Shown here: positions 41,301 to 54,447 of the stretch, piece after piece
Position numbering within the stretch: the stretch's first letter is position 1
Layout: every line of letters starts with the position of its first letter
Notes under the pieces: model-generated
Told to the model about the DNA's origin: nothing
Database searches by the model: none
The model's input: the letters and a program-made list of their open reading frames with translations, nothing else
Assembly (NCBI GenBank): GCA_038496445.1
Contig: JALMLS010000631.1
Coordinates: forward strand, 1-64,000
Length of the DNA stretch: 64,000 nucleotides
From: Trichosphaerium sp. ATCC 40318
Taxonomy: Eukaryota > Protista > Tubulinea
Reading direction: 5' to 3'
Translations under genes and position numbers: made by a program

Positions 41301-44070
41301 AGTGTGTTGAGACGGCTGTTTCGAGTTATGTTGCAAGAGTAAAGCAGGATATTGGTAAGGAGATGGGAATGAAGTCTGCAGCCCCAAAGAAGAAATCTAA
41401 GAAACACAGAGGCCGCAGTTCACGTGGAAGCAGTGCATTTGGTAAACATACCTAGTTACCAAATTTTTTTGTGAAGAATTGCTAACCATCTTGACAAGGT
41501 TCTGTTGGATCTGTAATGAGATCGATGACAAAACATCATAAGGAGTGTCCTATAATAGAATTAGAACCAACTGGCATTGTTACTACACCTAAGGTACGTA
41601 CAGAAGTATATCTTTGCAAGTAACTAAATAATTTATAGCTTTCAGTTCAGCTCTCCAATATTGAGTTTGTTACGCACCAACTGTTTGATTTGTGTAACCA
41701 TATAAACAAAGACCCTGATGTTGAGGTGTCAGATACAAGACAAATATTCGGATCTCTATTTAGCGAGCTAAAGAATACTCTTGAGGATTCTATCAAGCTT
41801 TATGTTAAGAAGGTACTAATTCCTTTCCTTGATTTCAGTTCACTTATTGCTTGTTTTCAACTAGGTGAGCGTTTCAGCACATCTAGAACACGCAATGGGT
41901 ACGCACCTTTTGTACTAAGAAGTTAACCACTCTCATTAGATGAATTTCTGGAAGACGCCCCTTCAAATGATGATAGTAAGCAATTTACCCTATTAGTAAT
42001 AAGTAACGAATGCTTACATTTGTGTTACAGTTACAGAAGAAGTGTTAGTACATAGGGTAGAGTATATACTGCAATGTATTAATGCACATGCTGAGATATT
42101 ATCTACAAACGTACATATCAAACAACAATGGTTTGTTCATGAATCTTAACCATCTTGTTATAGTTGTGCTACTCCTTGTTTAAGAAAATATTTGAGAAAT
42201 TATGGCAAATGCTACTCAAGGTAAATTTGTCTCTGCACGTGAGAGAAAACATTAATCACGTGATTTAGAACTTGATGTTTATGCTTTTCCCAAATCCACG
42301 TAAAGGAAAAGCTGATAAAGGTATTAATTGCTGTCACGTGTTGTTCTTAATAGAGTTAGATGCGGCAAATCTTTGTGCTACAGCACTTCCTATGCTAAAA
42401 CGGTTCTTTCATGCAGATGGAGATGGTCCAAGTAAGTGTGTGAGCCGAGCTTTTACAGTCGTTTGTAGCAGTATTCACTTGATTACGTAATGAGTAATAT
42501 CGTTAACAATGATAAGGTGAAGAGTGGCTTAATGAAACAGCTAGTGGCTTAGTTGATGCATTGGAGTTATTTAAAGGTATTTTGGGTTTGTTGTCAACTC
42601 AAGTTATTCACGTTTTATTTATTTAGTTGATACACCAACGTTGATTGATATGTATAAACAACAGGATAAAATACAAAGAGAAATTGTTATTCTTAGTGTT
42701 TTGGGTACATTTGAAGGACAACAATATCAACTTGGGTTTTTCCTCGTTCAATTAGTTTCACAACCTTTATGTTTTTTTTTTGACAAGTTGTGTAGCATCT
42801 AGGCCAAAAGATAAGGAAGCAAAAACACTTGTACGTGCTGAAAAACCAACGATACTTACACGAGAGGTGGTCTCGGTATTTGGTTTATCCAGGGAAGAAA
42901 AGATAATTGACTGTAAGTGTTTTTTTTGGTTAATAAGCTACTCACTAATTGTTAAAAGATCACCATTGTGTTAATGTCGTTCATGAAATAAGTGGATTCT
43001 TGTATGTTCTTACTAGTTACATATGCTTCGATACAGCACTATGGGGCGACCACAAGACAATTATTTCAATCTCAGAAATCGCAGCTCTGAAAAAAGTAGG
43101 AAGAACCTTAAAACAATTTATCACTAAACCGATTCTTAGAACCAATGTGATATGGATAATATGCGTATAGTAATAACACTCATAGATGGACATGTACACT
43201 TCCCCGAGGATATAAAAGCAAGTATTAACGTCTGATTAGGAGTACACTTTTGCATCATTTTTGAAGCCAAGAAAAGCTTACAATGATATTGCTCTTCTAT
43301 GCGAAAAGAATAATGTTACAGTTGAAATGGATAGTATTATAACAGAAAAGCGTACGAATGAGAACATGCCATTGTTATCACTTGAGTACTAATCAAAACA
43401 TTGTAGCTACTGAGGACTCCCTACTTACTGTTGGTCGCCAAGGAGACAGGCATAAAAAACGCAAGAGCAAATCTATTGCTGTACGTCTATTTGTTTGTTT
43501 ACTATGAATCACCTGTAATTCCAGATATAATACTTGTCTTTGTGTATTAATATAAGGTTTAGAAAACTGAGAAGGAAGCTGCTAATTTAAGTAAAATCAT
43601 AAAGTTATTTAAACTCAAGGAAAAAGATGCTCATTTTATTACACGTACGAAGCAATAATCCCTTAGTGATGTTTATTGATGTTATGTCTTAGGTGTTGCT
43701 TGCTCTTATGCTTTCTCTGCAATCCCTCACCGCGGACATATTTATATCTTTCCTAAAACTATTGGTTTCTTGACACATATTCGTCATAATACTGTTTTGA
43801 TCCCTTATACTTCAATCAAAGATATTAAAAAACGAAAATCTGGTAACGTAGTACCTTCTGATATTCTCATAATTGAACATCGTCCTGAGCACAAAGACAA
43901 ACGTGTACGTAGTAATATGAAGGGTTTTTTTTCTTTTTCGTATTTTTTTCCAATGTGTTTAACATTTTATTTAGCATATTTTCCGTTCGTTACCTTTAAA
44001 AGCACGTGATGAGGTATTTGATATTATACAAGAACAATGGTGTAAGCAAAAGATGGCAAGTAAAAAATGA
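38306..44070 (+). CDS. Large C2 + MUN-like helical + GRAM-domain membrane-trafficking protein (many exons)
   Basis: C2 exon VVRAEGLHAKD...VKVG..TPSWDEEF..FLG, helical region with QLSNIE and RFFHADGDG, and two GRAM-like segments (FGLSREEKII..GFLYVLTSYICF; HRGHIYIFPKTIGF). Domain calls are from recalled motifs. Confidence 0.6.
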
Positions 44071-44250
44071 GACAGCGAATAAAACAAACAAAATAACACA
44101 AAAAACCCAAAACACTTGTAGATAAAATGTACAAAAATGGTTGTAAAATACAGTGTCACGTGTTATGTATAACTTTTGCCTCCTTTCCAAAATCGGGACT
44201 TCGAACAGTACCTTAAGTTTGATGTACCTAAGTGACAAACAACAAAAAAC

Positions 44251-47250
44251 ATGACAGCAAAGGTTGTATTTGTTTTTTTCGCTTTCTTTTTCATTTTTAC
44301 TTTTGGTTGGCCTCCATTGCCTCCATCAATACCTCCACAAGTTGGAAAAGATATACCAGGCGGAGACTTGGCCAACATGCCAATAACTTTATCTGCTGAT
44401 AACTACACCTTGTGCGCTGAGAAATGTCAAAATACACCTGCATGTATCGCTTGGGCATATGGAGTGCGTTTTTAATCACTACTATAAACATTTCCACGCC
44501 AATGCTCTTTGTATTGATGCTTTCTTGTGTAGTTAGAGACTTGTGAGAAGAAACCGCTTTGTTGGTTAAAATCTACAATTGGAAAGGTCGTAGACAATTC
44601 TTGTAGAGTATATGGAACGTCACGTGCGTCAAGTGACACTCCTTCTTTTTTTACAGCTGACGTGTTTTTTTAGCCAAAAGAGCTTGTCAATTACCCACAC
44701 AGTGGACCCACTTGGTGGATCCCAAAAGGCCTCTTCCTTATTACCCAAGGCCACAAATGAAAAGACCTGTTGACCTGGCACAAAACTTGAACGGATTGTG
44801 GGAATTCACGCCTGGAAGCAAAGGAGAAGCACCGCCTTTTGGCATAAAATTGGAAAAGGTGTCGTAGCTTTCTTTGGTTTTTTGTCTAATAGTTCTGTTT
44901 AAGAATATTCTTGTACCGTTTCCTGTGGAGAGTTGCTTGTCTGGCATCGGCGAAACACATCAGTATTTATGGTACAGAAAGGTTATGGACAAACCGAGTC
45001 ATTTTAACAGTGGAAAAATTCTTCTACACTTTGGCGCTGTAGATTGGCAAACTACGGTCTACATTAACAAGAAGTACCTACACATTATCTTATTATTTAC
45101 TAACCAACGTTAAAGAAAAATCGCCGTTCATACCGGAGGATACAGGTACGAGAACACAAAGAGATGAATGGTTAACATTAAAAAAAAACCACAGTGGATT
45201 CAGTTTCGATGTCACAAGCGATATTAAAGAAACGGATAATGAGATCATCATTGGCGTATTTGATCCTACCGAAAAGTAAGGTGCACGTGTGATACACAAA
45301 TATTAATTCTGTATAAGCGGCGGACAACCTTTTGGGAAACAGCAAATCGGAAAATTCGGAAATCCAGGAGGCACGTTTTGAACAAAATACACTAGTGATG
45401 TGTTCAAAATCACTGACACTTTTTAGGAGATCACTATTCTCCAGCATCGGGTATTTGGCAGGTAATTAGTTTAAATGCGCTACAGTCAACGACTAATTTT
45501 TGATGTAGACAGTATGGATGGAGAACGTGCCACAGCAGTATATCCAAAAGCTGAAGATCTCAGCTGACATGAAATCTGTTTCGGTTAATGTATCAAGCAC
45601 AACTACAGGAGAGAAAGTAACTTTTAGTGTTTTGGATAATGGTAAAGAAGTAGCGAACGCCACTGGAAAGTAAGTCATTGAATTTTCTTGGTTGTGTTTC
45701 AACAACATTTCTCAAAACAATCACGTGACATATTATTTTTTATGTTAGATCAGGAAGCATAACAACAATTGTTGTACCAAATCCAAAACTATGGGGACCT
45801 CTACAACCTAATCTATACGATCTCAAAATCACATTGGAATCAGGTGACACTGTTACATCATACTTTGGCATGCGGACAGTGACCAAAGGGAAAGACGCAA
45901 AGGTAACACTAACTTACATAAAACACCTTGTTCGCGTCACTGATAATACAACTTTTTTCCCTTAGGGTGTAACAAGGCCTCTAATCAATGGGAACTTCAC
46001 ATTTCTCGCAGGTTGGCTAGACCAATCTTTTTGGCCGGGTAAGAGAAAAACCAAAACAAATTGACACTAATTGAGAATGTAGATGGAATATATACAGCTC
46101 CTACATACGAAGCATTGGCGTATGATCTCAAAGCACTTGATACATTCGGAATGAATTTTGTGAGACTCCATCAAAAGGTACATCAGGTTACATTGAGACC
46201 TGCCCAGCTCGCCAATAGCCAGCTGTTTTTCTGTTGGCTTTCCAATTGTTGATGACTGTTTTTTGTAGGTTAATCCTGAGGTTTGGTATCACATCGCGGA
46301 TACTCTCGGTATTATTGTGCAACAAGATATGATACAGCACTTTGATATATCCACGACACCTGATGCTGATTTATATCACGATGACCTTAAAGCAATGATT
46401 GATGATCGATACAATCATCCATGCATAGTACAATGGACAGCCTTTAATGAAGGTATAGCTGTACTATTATTAATAGTAAATAGTCGTCTAAGTAATACTG
46501 TAGTGGATATGGTAAAACATTTTGATGCCAAGTCTGTTGTTGAATGGATCAGCGCTTACGACCCTTCAAGATTAGTAGATACAGACAGCGGTGGTCCTGC
46601 GAATGACTTGCATGTTGGGGATGTAAATGATATACATACATACCCAGATCCAAAGATTCCATTGCCTTCAGGTATCAGCATAAGTTCCTATTAATACCAA
46701 CATTTTTTGTTGGCTCAAGCAAGACTTATTGACACGTGTTTTGTTTTTCTCCAATATTTTATTGTATTGAATTTGGTTACATAGTCGTAAGAGCTAGGTT
46801 GCTTCTGTTATTAACTCTTGTATGTAGCAACTCAATATGGTGAAGTTGGCGAATTTGGTGGCTTAGGAGCTTTTGTAGAAGGCCATGTTTGGTTACCAAA
46901 CCGTTGCTATGCGTACACTTTTGTAAATCTCCCAATTCCCTTCTCATTGTTTTTGTTCAGGTACCGTAAAGTAGGCACTCCTAATGCACAAGCAACAGCT
47001 TACATAGCAATGGCAAAGACAATACAAGATAATAAAAAGGATGTATCAATAAGTGTCTATACACAAATAACTGATGTCGAATTAGAATGTGATGGCTTCT
47101 TAAATTACGATAGGCACGTGATACTTGCGATTTTCTTTTTACTTTCTTTCTTGTTTGGGTTTGTGTTTATCGTTATCCAGGACGAACAAGTTTACAGAAG
47201 AAGATACTAAGAGAATACGAGATGCAAACTTGGATCTTATAAACGCTTAG
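44251..47250 (+). CDS. Secreted GH2 glycoside hydrolase with N-terminal PAN/apple-like domain
   Basis: YYPRPQM, NLNGLWEF, VPFPVESCLSG, LHFGAVDW, HTGGY, GWLDQSFWP|DGIYTAP, NHPCIVQWTAFNEG, GEFGG and YTQITDVELECDG. Confidence 0.9.
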
Positions 47251-47571
47251 TCTGACATTGTAACTTGATAGTAAACATAAGCGTCTACCCTCTATAACCC
47301 TCAGATTTCCGTTTACTGGCATGCCTTTTCCATATTAAAAGTCCAGTTAGGGCACGACCTGAAACCATTGTGACTTGGTCTATGCTAATGTTAGAGGCGC
47401 TTTATCTCAACAATCTAAAAAAGATTCCAAGAAAAGGGTTTGATGAAGAAGGTGTAGCTGTAATAGTATGGAGCGCTGTTGATAAATGGTTTCGTACCAA
47501 CGGCTAAAAGGCCAAGGAGTGTATAATATCTTAAGATGTTTTTGTTCATACCATAGGCTGTAGTAGATAAT

Positions 47572-47853
47572 GTGCAAATGCAACGTTCTACTTCTTCATT
47601 TATTATTGGTGATGAATTCTTTAACTTTGTTGAGTGCCCAATATTAATGCCAACATTGTCTCCAATGACACAACCTCCTCCGACTACATTGCAGCCAACA
47701 TCCTCTCCAACAACTTCTGCACCACAAACTCCTAGTTCCACTATCAATAGTACAACAAGCGCTCCAAGCATGCCTATACACTCAGGAACAATACAACTAG
47801 TATGGCATTTCGCTGTACTTGGATGCTTACTTGTAACTTTCACTTGTAATTGA
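47572..47853 (+). CDS. C-terminal exon of a putative small S/T/P-rich GPI-anchored protein (start not resolved)
   Basis: PTT-rich stalk followed by a hydrophobic tail. Upstream exons are unclear. Confidence 0.35.
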   Translation: MQMQRSTSSFIIGDEFFNFVECPILMPTLSPMTQPPPTTLQPTSSPTTSAPQTPSSTINSTTSAPSMPIHSGTIQLVWHFAVLGCLLVTFTCN

Positions 47854-48000
47854 GTATCTGTCACGAAAAACATAACATAAAAAAACTCAAAAATATTATG
47901 GCCACAAAACGTTGACGTTTTGTATTCACAATTTTTTCATAAAACGATATCTTTTTAGCTGTTTTTTTACTCATAAAACGTTAACGTTTTACCTTTTTTC

Positions 48001-48223
48001 TTTGGTCATAAAACGTTAACGTTTTGTAGGAGGATTGGATGAGTTTTTCTACCTCAAATCATCATTACTTTAAGACAATTCCAAAACATTATGTTTTGAA
48101 GCAACCTTTGATGATTTGTACTAGCATTGGCAATACATTTGGTGTTTTTGTAAAAACAATGACGTTTTGAGGTAGAAAAACTCATCCAATCCTCCTACAA
48201 AACGTTAACGTTTTATGACCAAA
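48001..48223. repeat. Perfect 58-bp inverted repeat with 107-bp spacer (MITE or hairpin RNA)
   Basis: 48001-48058 is the exact reverse complement of 48166-48223. It contains the palindrome AAAACGTTAACGTTTT, with further copies at ~47906 and ~47975. Confidence 0.85.
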
Positions 48224-48725
48224 AAAATAAAAAGAGAATATTGTGAGAAATGTAGGTTTAAACGTTAAAATTTTCCTAAAATCCCTATCATCAATTTTTT
48301 TTGTAACCAGTTTTTTTTTTGAAGCTGTTGTTCACGCACCTTCAACAATATTTCTCAGTTGCCTAATTTGGCTTCCAAATTTTCAGACTTGTTTTATTGG
48401 ATGGATAGGACATACACTATAGTAGCATTCTTTTACAAGCCTCAAAACTTTCATAACTAATGTAATGTTGTTTGTGAACAAAACTCAATTGTGGAATAAA
48501 CGTTTATTGGGCTAAAATTTTCTAAAGGGCAAACCCTTAAATGTTTCCACATTTGCCCAGACTTCTGTTCTTCTAATTTACATCATTCACAGAACTTTTT
48601 GTTTGTTGCCACAGGCACTGTATCAGGAGCTGGTCTTTACTGTGAATTGTTTCTACAACAAAGACATAAATATTTTTTGCATGTGATGCTCAGTAGACTA
48701 AGTAGTACATACCTGTTTTGATTGA

Positions 48726-49549
48726 TTAATGGCTAAAGTAAATCTTTACCTTTTGTTGAACTTTGACCTTGCATAAAGGACATTCTGATAATAAGGTAAC
48801 ACAACTATCACATACACATGCATGACCACATGGGACCAAAACAAAAGAGATATTATCATCCATACAAACACAACACTCTTTAATCTTGTTCCCACCTTCC
48901 TCCAATAATAATCTTTCCTACAACGGGTAAGTAAAAGAAAAAGAAAAACCAAGAAGCAGACACAAAACAAAAAAAAGAAAGCTAAGAACGAAGTGCTTTT
49001 CTTCACTGTACCTTTTGCTTGTCTAGTGATTGTAAGGCTGAAGTATGTAGTGCTTTTGCAACTTCTATCTCATCTATAGTCTTATAGGTTGCTGTACCAT
49101 TGATTCGAGAGAGTTGCGTAAGTAGTTCTGTGTTTTCTGTTTTCAGCTTTATGACTTGTGCTTCTAGCCCTGAAATTGCTTCTAAACTACTCTGTTGCTT
49201 CTTTTTTTGGTAAGAATCAATCTTTTCTATTATTTCGATTCTGAAATCTGCATCTAGAGCGTCAATTGTTTTTTGACGTTTACGTGGCGGTGCTTGTGGC
49301 GCTTCCTCTTTATCCTATGTTGTTTAGGCGAAAAAACACTTGTCAACCAAATGTAAAGCTCGTAAAACAGCGAGAGAGATAAATATGGGCTGGAGCGAAT
49401 TGTGGGATGCGTACTTCCTCTAAATCAATCTCTAGTAGCTAAATGAGTCAGAAAGTTGCGGTATTGAAAAGAATACATACCTTGCTTCGTTTACGTTTTT
49501 GCTCGTTTTCTCTTGCCCGGCGCCTCCAGGTTTGCTTTGTCCGCGCCAT
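48726..49549 (-). CDS. Coiled-coil + C-terminal C3HC4 RING protein with histone-H3-like N-terminus (MARTKQT)
   Basis: ATG at 49549: MARTKQTWRRRAREN. Last exon ECCVCMDDNISFVLVPCGHACVCDSCVTLLSECPLCKVKVQQKVKIYFSH*. Confidence 0.8.
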
Positions 49550-49938
49550 TTGCAGAAGAGAATGCTAAGGTGATCACTTTCAACCATTCCTTAAGCAAGA
49601 CAGCTCTCCAGATCTAGCCTACTCCAGATCTTCCTGGTACTAGATACATTTCAATGGCCGTAACAAAGTGTACAAGCTATGATTTGTAGAAAATATTGCC
49701 ACCTAGAGAATGCACGTGTTTGTGCCTGAATACGTAGCATTGCAAGTGGATTCACTTTACAAGGGGATAAAATGCACTAGAGTTGAGAGAATTCAGGTTT
49801 TTAATTTAGCTATTTTACATGGTGGTTTACAGGTTCAAGGGGATTTTTCACAGTATGTACATAAGCGTGATTTTTTGGAGTTTTTTTTTGTGCACGAAAA
49901 TTTTTTTGATAGTTAGTTGAACAACAACAGATCCTTAT

Positions 49939-52164
49939 TTATGCATCAGTCCATGGTGGGCTATCTTGATGCACCAAATCATATGTGAGCTTCAAGCGCT
50001 CAGATGTTTGTGTAGTTTCAAGTATTTGTTGTCGAAATTGTGCTAAAGGAGAAAAAAAATTAGTAAAAAGAAATCACTCATTAAGATAAGGCTCTTACTT
50101 GTCAATGGCAAGTAGCTTGCTACCCAATAAGAGAATTTAGAAGGATCATCCAAAGGAATTTCCATTTCTTTCTGTCCAGAGAAACGTATCTAAACAATTG
50201 AGTGAGTACTTGTTATCAATGGTCTTGGTGGTTCTTTTCCACTGCACTTTGACGTACCATTAAAGCAGCTAGTTTACGAAGCTGTCCTTGATGCATCAAC
50301 TTTAAGAGTTGATCGTAAATACCCCTCACAATTTTTTTATTCTCAGGTGTATTTGGATCCCCAGTTTCATCAGGAAGATAATCAACTAAAACAACGATAA
50401 GAAACCCGTAAATCGCAGTTTTATGCCGAAAAAAAAAACACAATGAAATTTACACGTGTGAATTCACGTGTGTCAAAGGGACATATTCTATAATAGTCAT
50501 AGAGTATAATAATAACACGTACTCTTTGCTACACGATAACCATCGCAAACCCAATGCTCCAAAATTTTGAAACGTCTAACACCAATGCAATCAATAAAGC
50601 TTCTTCCATCTTGTAAGAGTTTAATTGTTTTAATCTCTAAACAACAACCAACATCACATGGTTCCCAACCACCACCAACAGGGTTTTGTCTACAACTAAC
50701 AAGACCAAACCTAGCAAACGAATTAAAAAAACGCCAAACATATAAAAGAATTTCTAGTGCTTCACCTTTTCAAAAAAAACAAAAAAGTCAACAAAATTTA
50801 AAGCAGCTTTTTGAAACGACGTGTTGAATCACATTTTAGTAAATAACTTATTTCCGAGGTTGATAGTATAGCGTCTATTGACATACCTTTTACTTCCTTC
50901 CATACAACGTCTTATCATCAACCTATACCGAGGTTCGAATATATGCATAGGGAACGGAATACCAGGATACGCCGTGATATTGAGCAAGAAAAGCGGCATA
51001 CTACGCGATATTTCGTAAGTCGAAAGTTTTTCGTAACGAAAAAAATGAATATTTAAAAAAGTATTGCGCAATCGAACCTTTCCGTTGTTTGAGACACTTC
51101 TGTTTCCATTTCTTCACATCTTTGTTGATATTCAGCAGGATGAGCAGTTTTTACAATATTTTGAAGTGTAATAGATACAGCTGTCTTTGAAGTATAATGT
51201 AGAACGCGCCTAGCGTTAAAATGCGTAAGAACTCGTGATAATCGCACGTCGTTTTTACGAAAAAGTGAAAAAAAAAATGTGGCAAACAAAAACCGCCTCT
51301 AAAAAAAATGAATTTGGAAATTACCTGCAAAGCGGGCAGGTGGGGTTATGATCCATGGCACGTAGTAGACACTGCTTGCAGAAACTGTGACCACACTAAG
51401 AGAGTAAATAAAGGGATCTGGGCGTTTTTAAAATTGTACCGGTGTTGTAACTGGATCATAGAACAGTTTGAGGCATAGAACGCACTCTAGATCATCTGAC
51501 GTTGTGTGCACTACCATTCTTGTTATTACCAAGCAAATTATACTGTTTTTGTTTTTCGTTGCTTTTTTTTTTTGTATAATTGTATCAAGCATTTGGATGG
51601 TGCGTATGGGTTATTTGGTACATACCTGTTCTATAACTGAGACCTTTGTCAACAATTATTTGGTTCAGCTTGCTGAGAAGTTCGCGAATACCCACATTTT
51701 GAGGACTGTTGCGCAGGGCATCATAGTACACTTTCTACAACGGATTGTAAGCGGCAGGAGAAATAATATACGGAAAATCGCTGTTACGATAAGCGCCGTA
51801 ATGTGGCTGTGTAATACCTTCGCGTCTTCATATCTATGTTGGTCTATCAATAATTGAGCCTTGACTTTGTACGCGTGTGTATAATCTGGTTGTAGTCTTA
51901 ATGCCTGCCAAAAGAGTCAAAAACACCATTTCGCACGTCGCTAGTGCCTCTAGAGGCCCTACGGACAATTTTACTTACGGAATTCGTATCAGCCTCCGCC
52001 TTGTCGAACGCAGACATCTTTTGGTATATTACAGCACGTTCTGTGTACACCACAGGATTATTAGGCTCTATATTCAACGCCTGGCTAGCATAATCCAACG
52101 CCTCATTTAGATTCTCTTGTAAAAGGGCGCTTTTTGCTGAGCGCAATAGTTGAGCGCTTGACAT
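49939..52164 (-). CDS. LONRF: LON peptidase N-terminal domain and RING finger protein (TPR, 2 RING, LON-N)
   Basis: TPR-like N-terminus, ECVLCLKLFYDPVTTP|CGHSFCKQC..CPLC, PFPMHIFEPRYRLMIRRCMEG and LQDGRSFIDCIGVRRF. Confidence 0.85.
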
Positions 52165-52555
52165 TTATGGTAAGCTACGTTCTGTAATCAAAGTGTAATA
52201 ATATTTTTGACTTAGCTAGGGCTTTTTATCTTACGACTTGGACAAAAGAAAACTCCCGAAAATTTGTACTCTCCGATTAGTTTTTACACTGTGCAAAAAA
52301 GTTAACCTTGTAGATACACAGTGTCGGGATAACAACGACCGTATCGGTTTATCAAATATCCGGTTCTGTTTTACATAACAAACCGGTTTAAAAATGATCC
52401 GTCGACGTATTTACGTCGTGATTACTATGAGTATATAATTAGCTCGTTTTCTACAAGTGCAAACACATATTCTCTCTTTAACCAAAAGTAGCACGAAACG
52501 AATTCGGACGCATTTTTGTATTTATTTTTTATTGTACAGTTGTTTTTTGTGGTAA

Positions 52556-53492
52556 TTATGTTATAACGCTGAAGTAGTCCGTAATATACGTTCCTAGGTC
52601 TTGGGCAGTAGGTAATGATGTAAGTACCCAGTTTTCTTCATCAGCAGTTGCAAAATCGCACCTACACATTGGACATGTGCCACCGCTCTTGTTTTCCCTA
52701 CAGATAACGTCAACCAGGCTCAAGCAGCGAGTAAATGTCCATTCATCAACATTGGGTCGCTTTGACATGCAAGCGCATCAATGCAGGAGTCTGCACTAAA
52801 GTCCCGATGTAAAATTCTTGTTCTTGCTACGCACCATTCTTTTAAACATGGGTTACAAAAAGCGTGATTGCATGGTAGACATGTTTCTGCGTCTCTCTCC
52901 ATACTTGACAGGCGTCAAAAAAAAACAAAAAAATAATAGAATTTGAGTGGGAGCGTGCCATATTACACATTCATTGTCATTTTGGCGTGTCGTTGTTTGT
53001 GTTATATTATAGACACTCTTCGCCAAGATTCTTCTTCTTGATTTAACCTGATTTAGGTAAGCGATTGGCAAGACCGTTGGTAGCATACAGAGCCTTCAGT
53101 ATCGGCAAGTTGCTTCATTCGTGAAAATAATAAGTAAAATTGCTTCCAACCAAGTGTTTTTGATGTATTACCATTGTCCTTAATAGGGTTAGGCGTGACA
53201 TATATGTAAATGTACAAATTGTTGGTTACCGTTGAAACACTAATGCGAACACGGCTTTTCCAATAGCGATCTATTTTTTGAGCTTCCAAGGCGAATGTAA
53301 GGACTGCTCCGTTGTCTATCTTAAACTTGGTAGCTCTACAAGAATAAGCACGCTATAGAATGTGAGGTGAAGTATATACATTGTATTTGCTTCTGTAACA
53401 TGGCTAGTAAGCTCGTCCCAAGTATTGGCCCGAGGTACTTTTATTTGAACATCTCGGTTACCAGAGGTAATGGCGCTGATTTTTTGGCCCAT
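52556..53492 (-). CDS. RNF141: RNF141-like myristoylated RING protein
   Basis: MGQKIS start (compare RNF141 MGQQIS); ECVIC|MERDAETCLPCNHAFCNPCLKEW..TCPMCR..ENWVLT. Confidence 0.75.
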
Positions 53493-53813
53493 TTAAGGCT
53501 ATTTGGCCGGCGTCCAGTTTATGAAAAAAAAACCTTTATGTGAATACCCAACAATCGTAAAAGTCTTAAGGGGTCAAGAACACACGCTCTTGGTATTACA
53601 TATAATTGTATTTACATAGGTACGTTTCCGTTTCGCGATGGCAGTGAAGGCAGCAAATGATTGTACAAAGAGGTGGCCATATTTATTGACCTTTCATTTC
53701 GTAGGTGACAGGTGTCAACATTTACAATGTTAGATGAGCTTTACTAACGCGAGTTGTTGCGGTTGATGTCGGTATCAACTCAATCCTTAGGCTGTTCAAG
53801 TGTGTATAACCTA

Positions 53814-54349
53814 TTATTTAAATACAGTTGCTTTACTCCACGTATAACTAGTTTTTGAGCCAGTTTGTCTAGAAGACATTAAAATGTAATTTGAAATGCC
53901 TTAGTTTTACATACCAACATTTGATTTTGTAATTTGTATTGCAGGATTTACCCAAGTGCCACAAGAGCACTGACTACCAATCCACTTCCATGAACCAAGC
54001 TTGTGTTTGCATTTGGGACAATAAAGGACTCCTTAACGCACAGTCAGCGTAAAAGTACTCGTAACGCGTTTGTACCCTTCATGGCGGATGTGTCACCCAT
54101 CCAAGGTGCTGGTTGGCTCAAAAAATGCGACGAGCACCCCACATTAGCTTGTACGATACTGTAGTACGCATGGTAAATAAATTTGTACTATTGTAATTAA
54201 TTAATTGCGTACCCTCTCGTTTTATCACGAGATATGCTGTGAGCGCCTTGTTGGTGGCTTTCAAAATCCAATTCGGTAAATAATAACTGTCTACATATTC
54301 TACAAGCGAAAGCGTCTACCTCTTGATCTACTTTAGTTTCGTCACCCAT
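53814..54349 (-). CDS. Stand-alone DUSP12/Yvh1-type zinc-binding domain protein (no phosphatase domain)
   Basis: FACRICRQLL..H..CSSHFL..PWM..LYCPKCKHKLGSWKWIGSQCSCGTWVNPAIQI. Confidence 0.75.
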
Positions 54350-54447
54350 TATTAACTCTATTCGCTTCTTATTGTTATACCTGAAGCGTATTCAACAAAT
54401 TACACAACAAGAATTTTCATTTTTTTCTTTATTTTGGAATAGTTACA

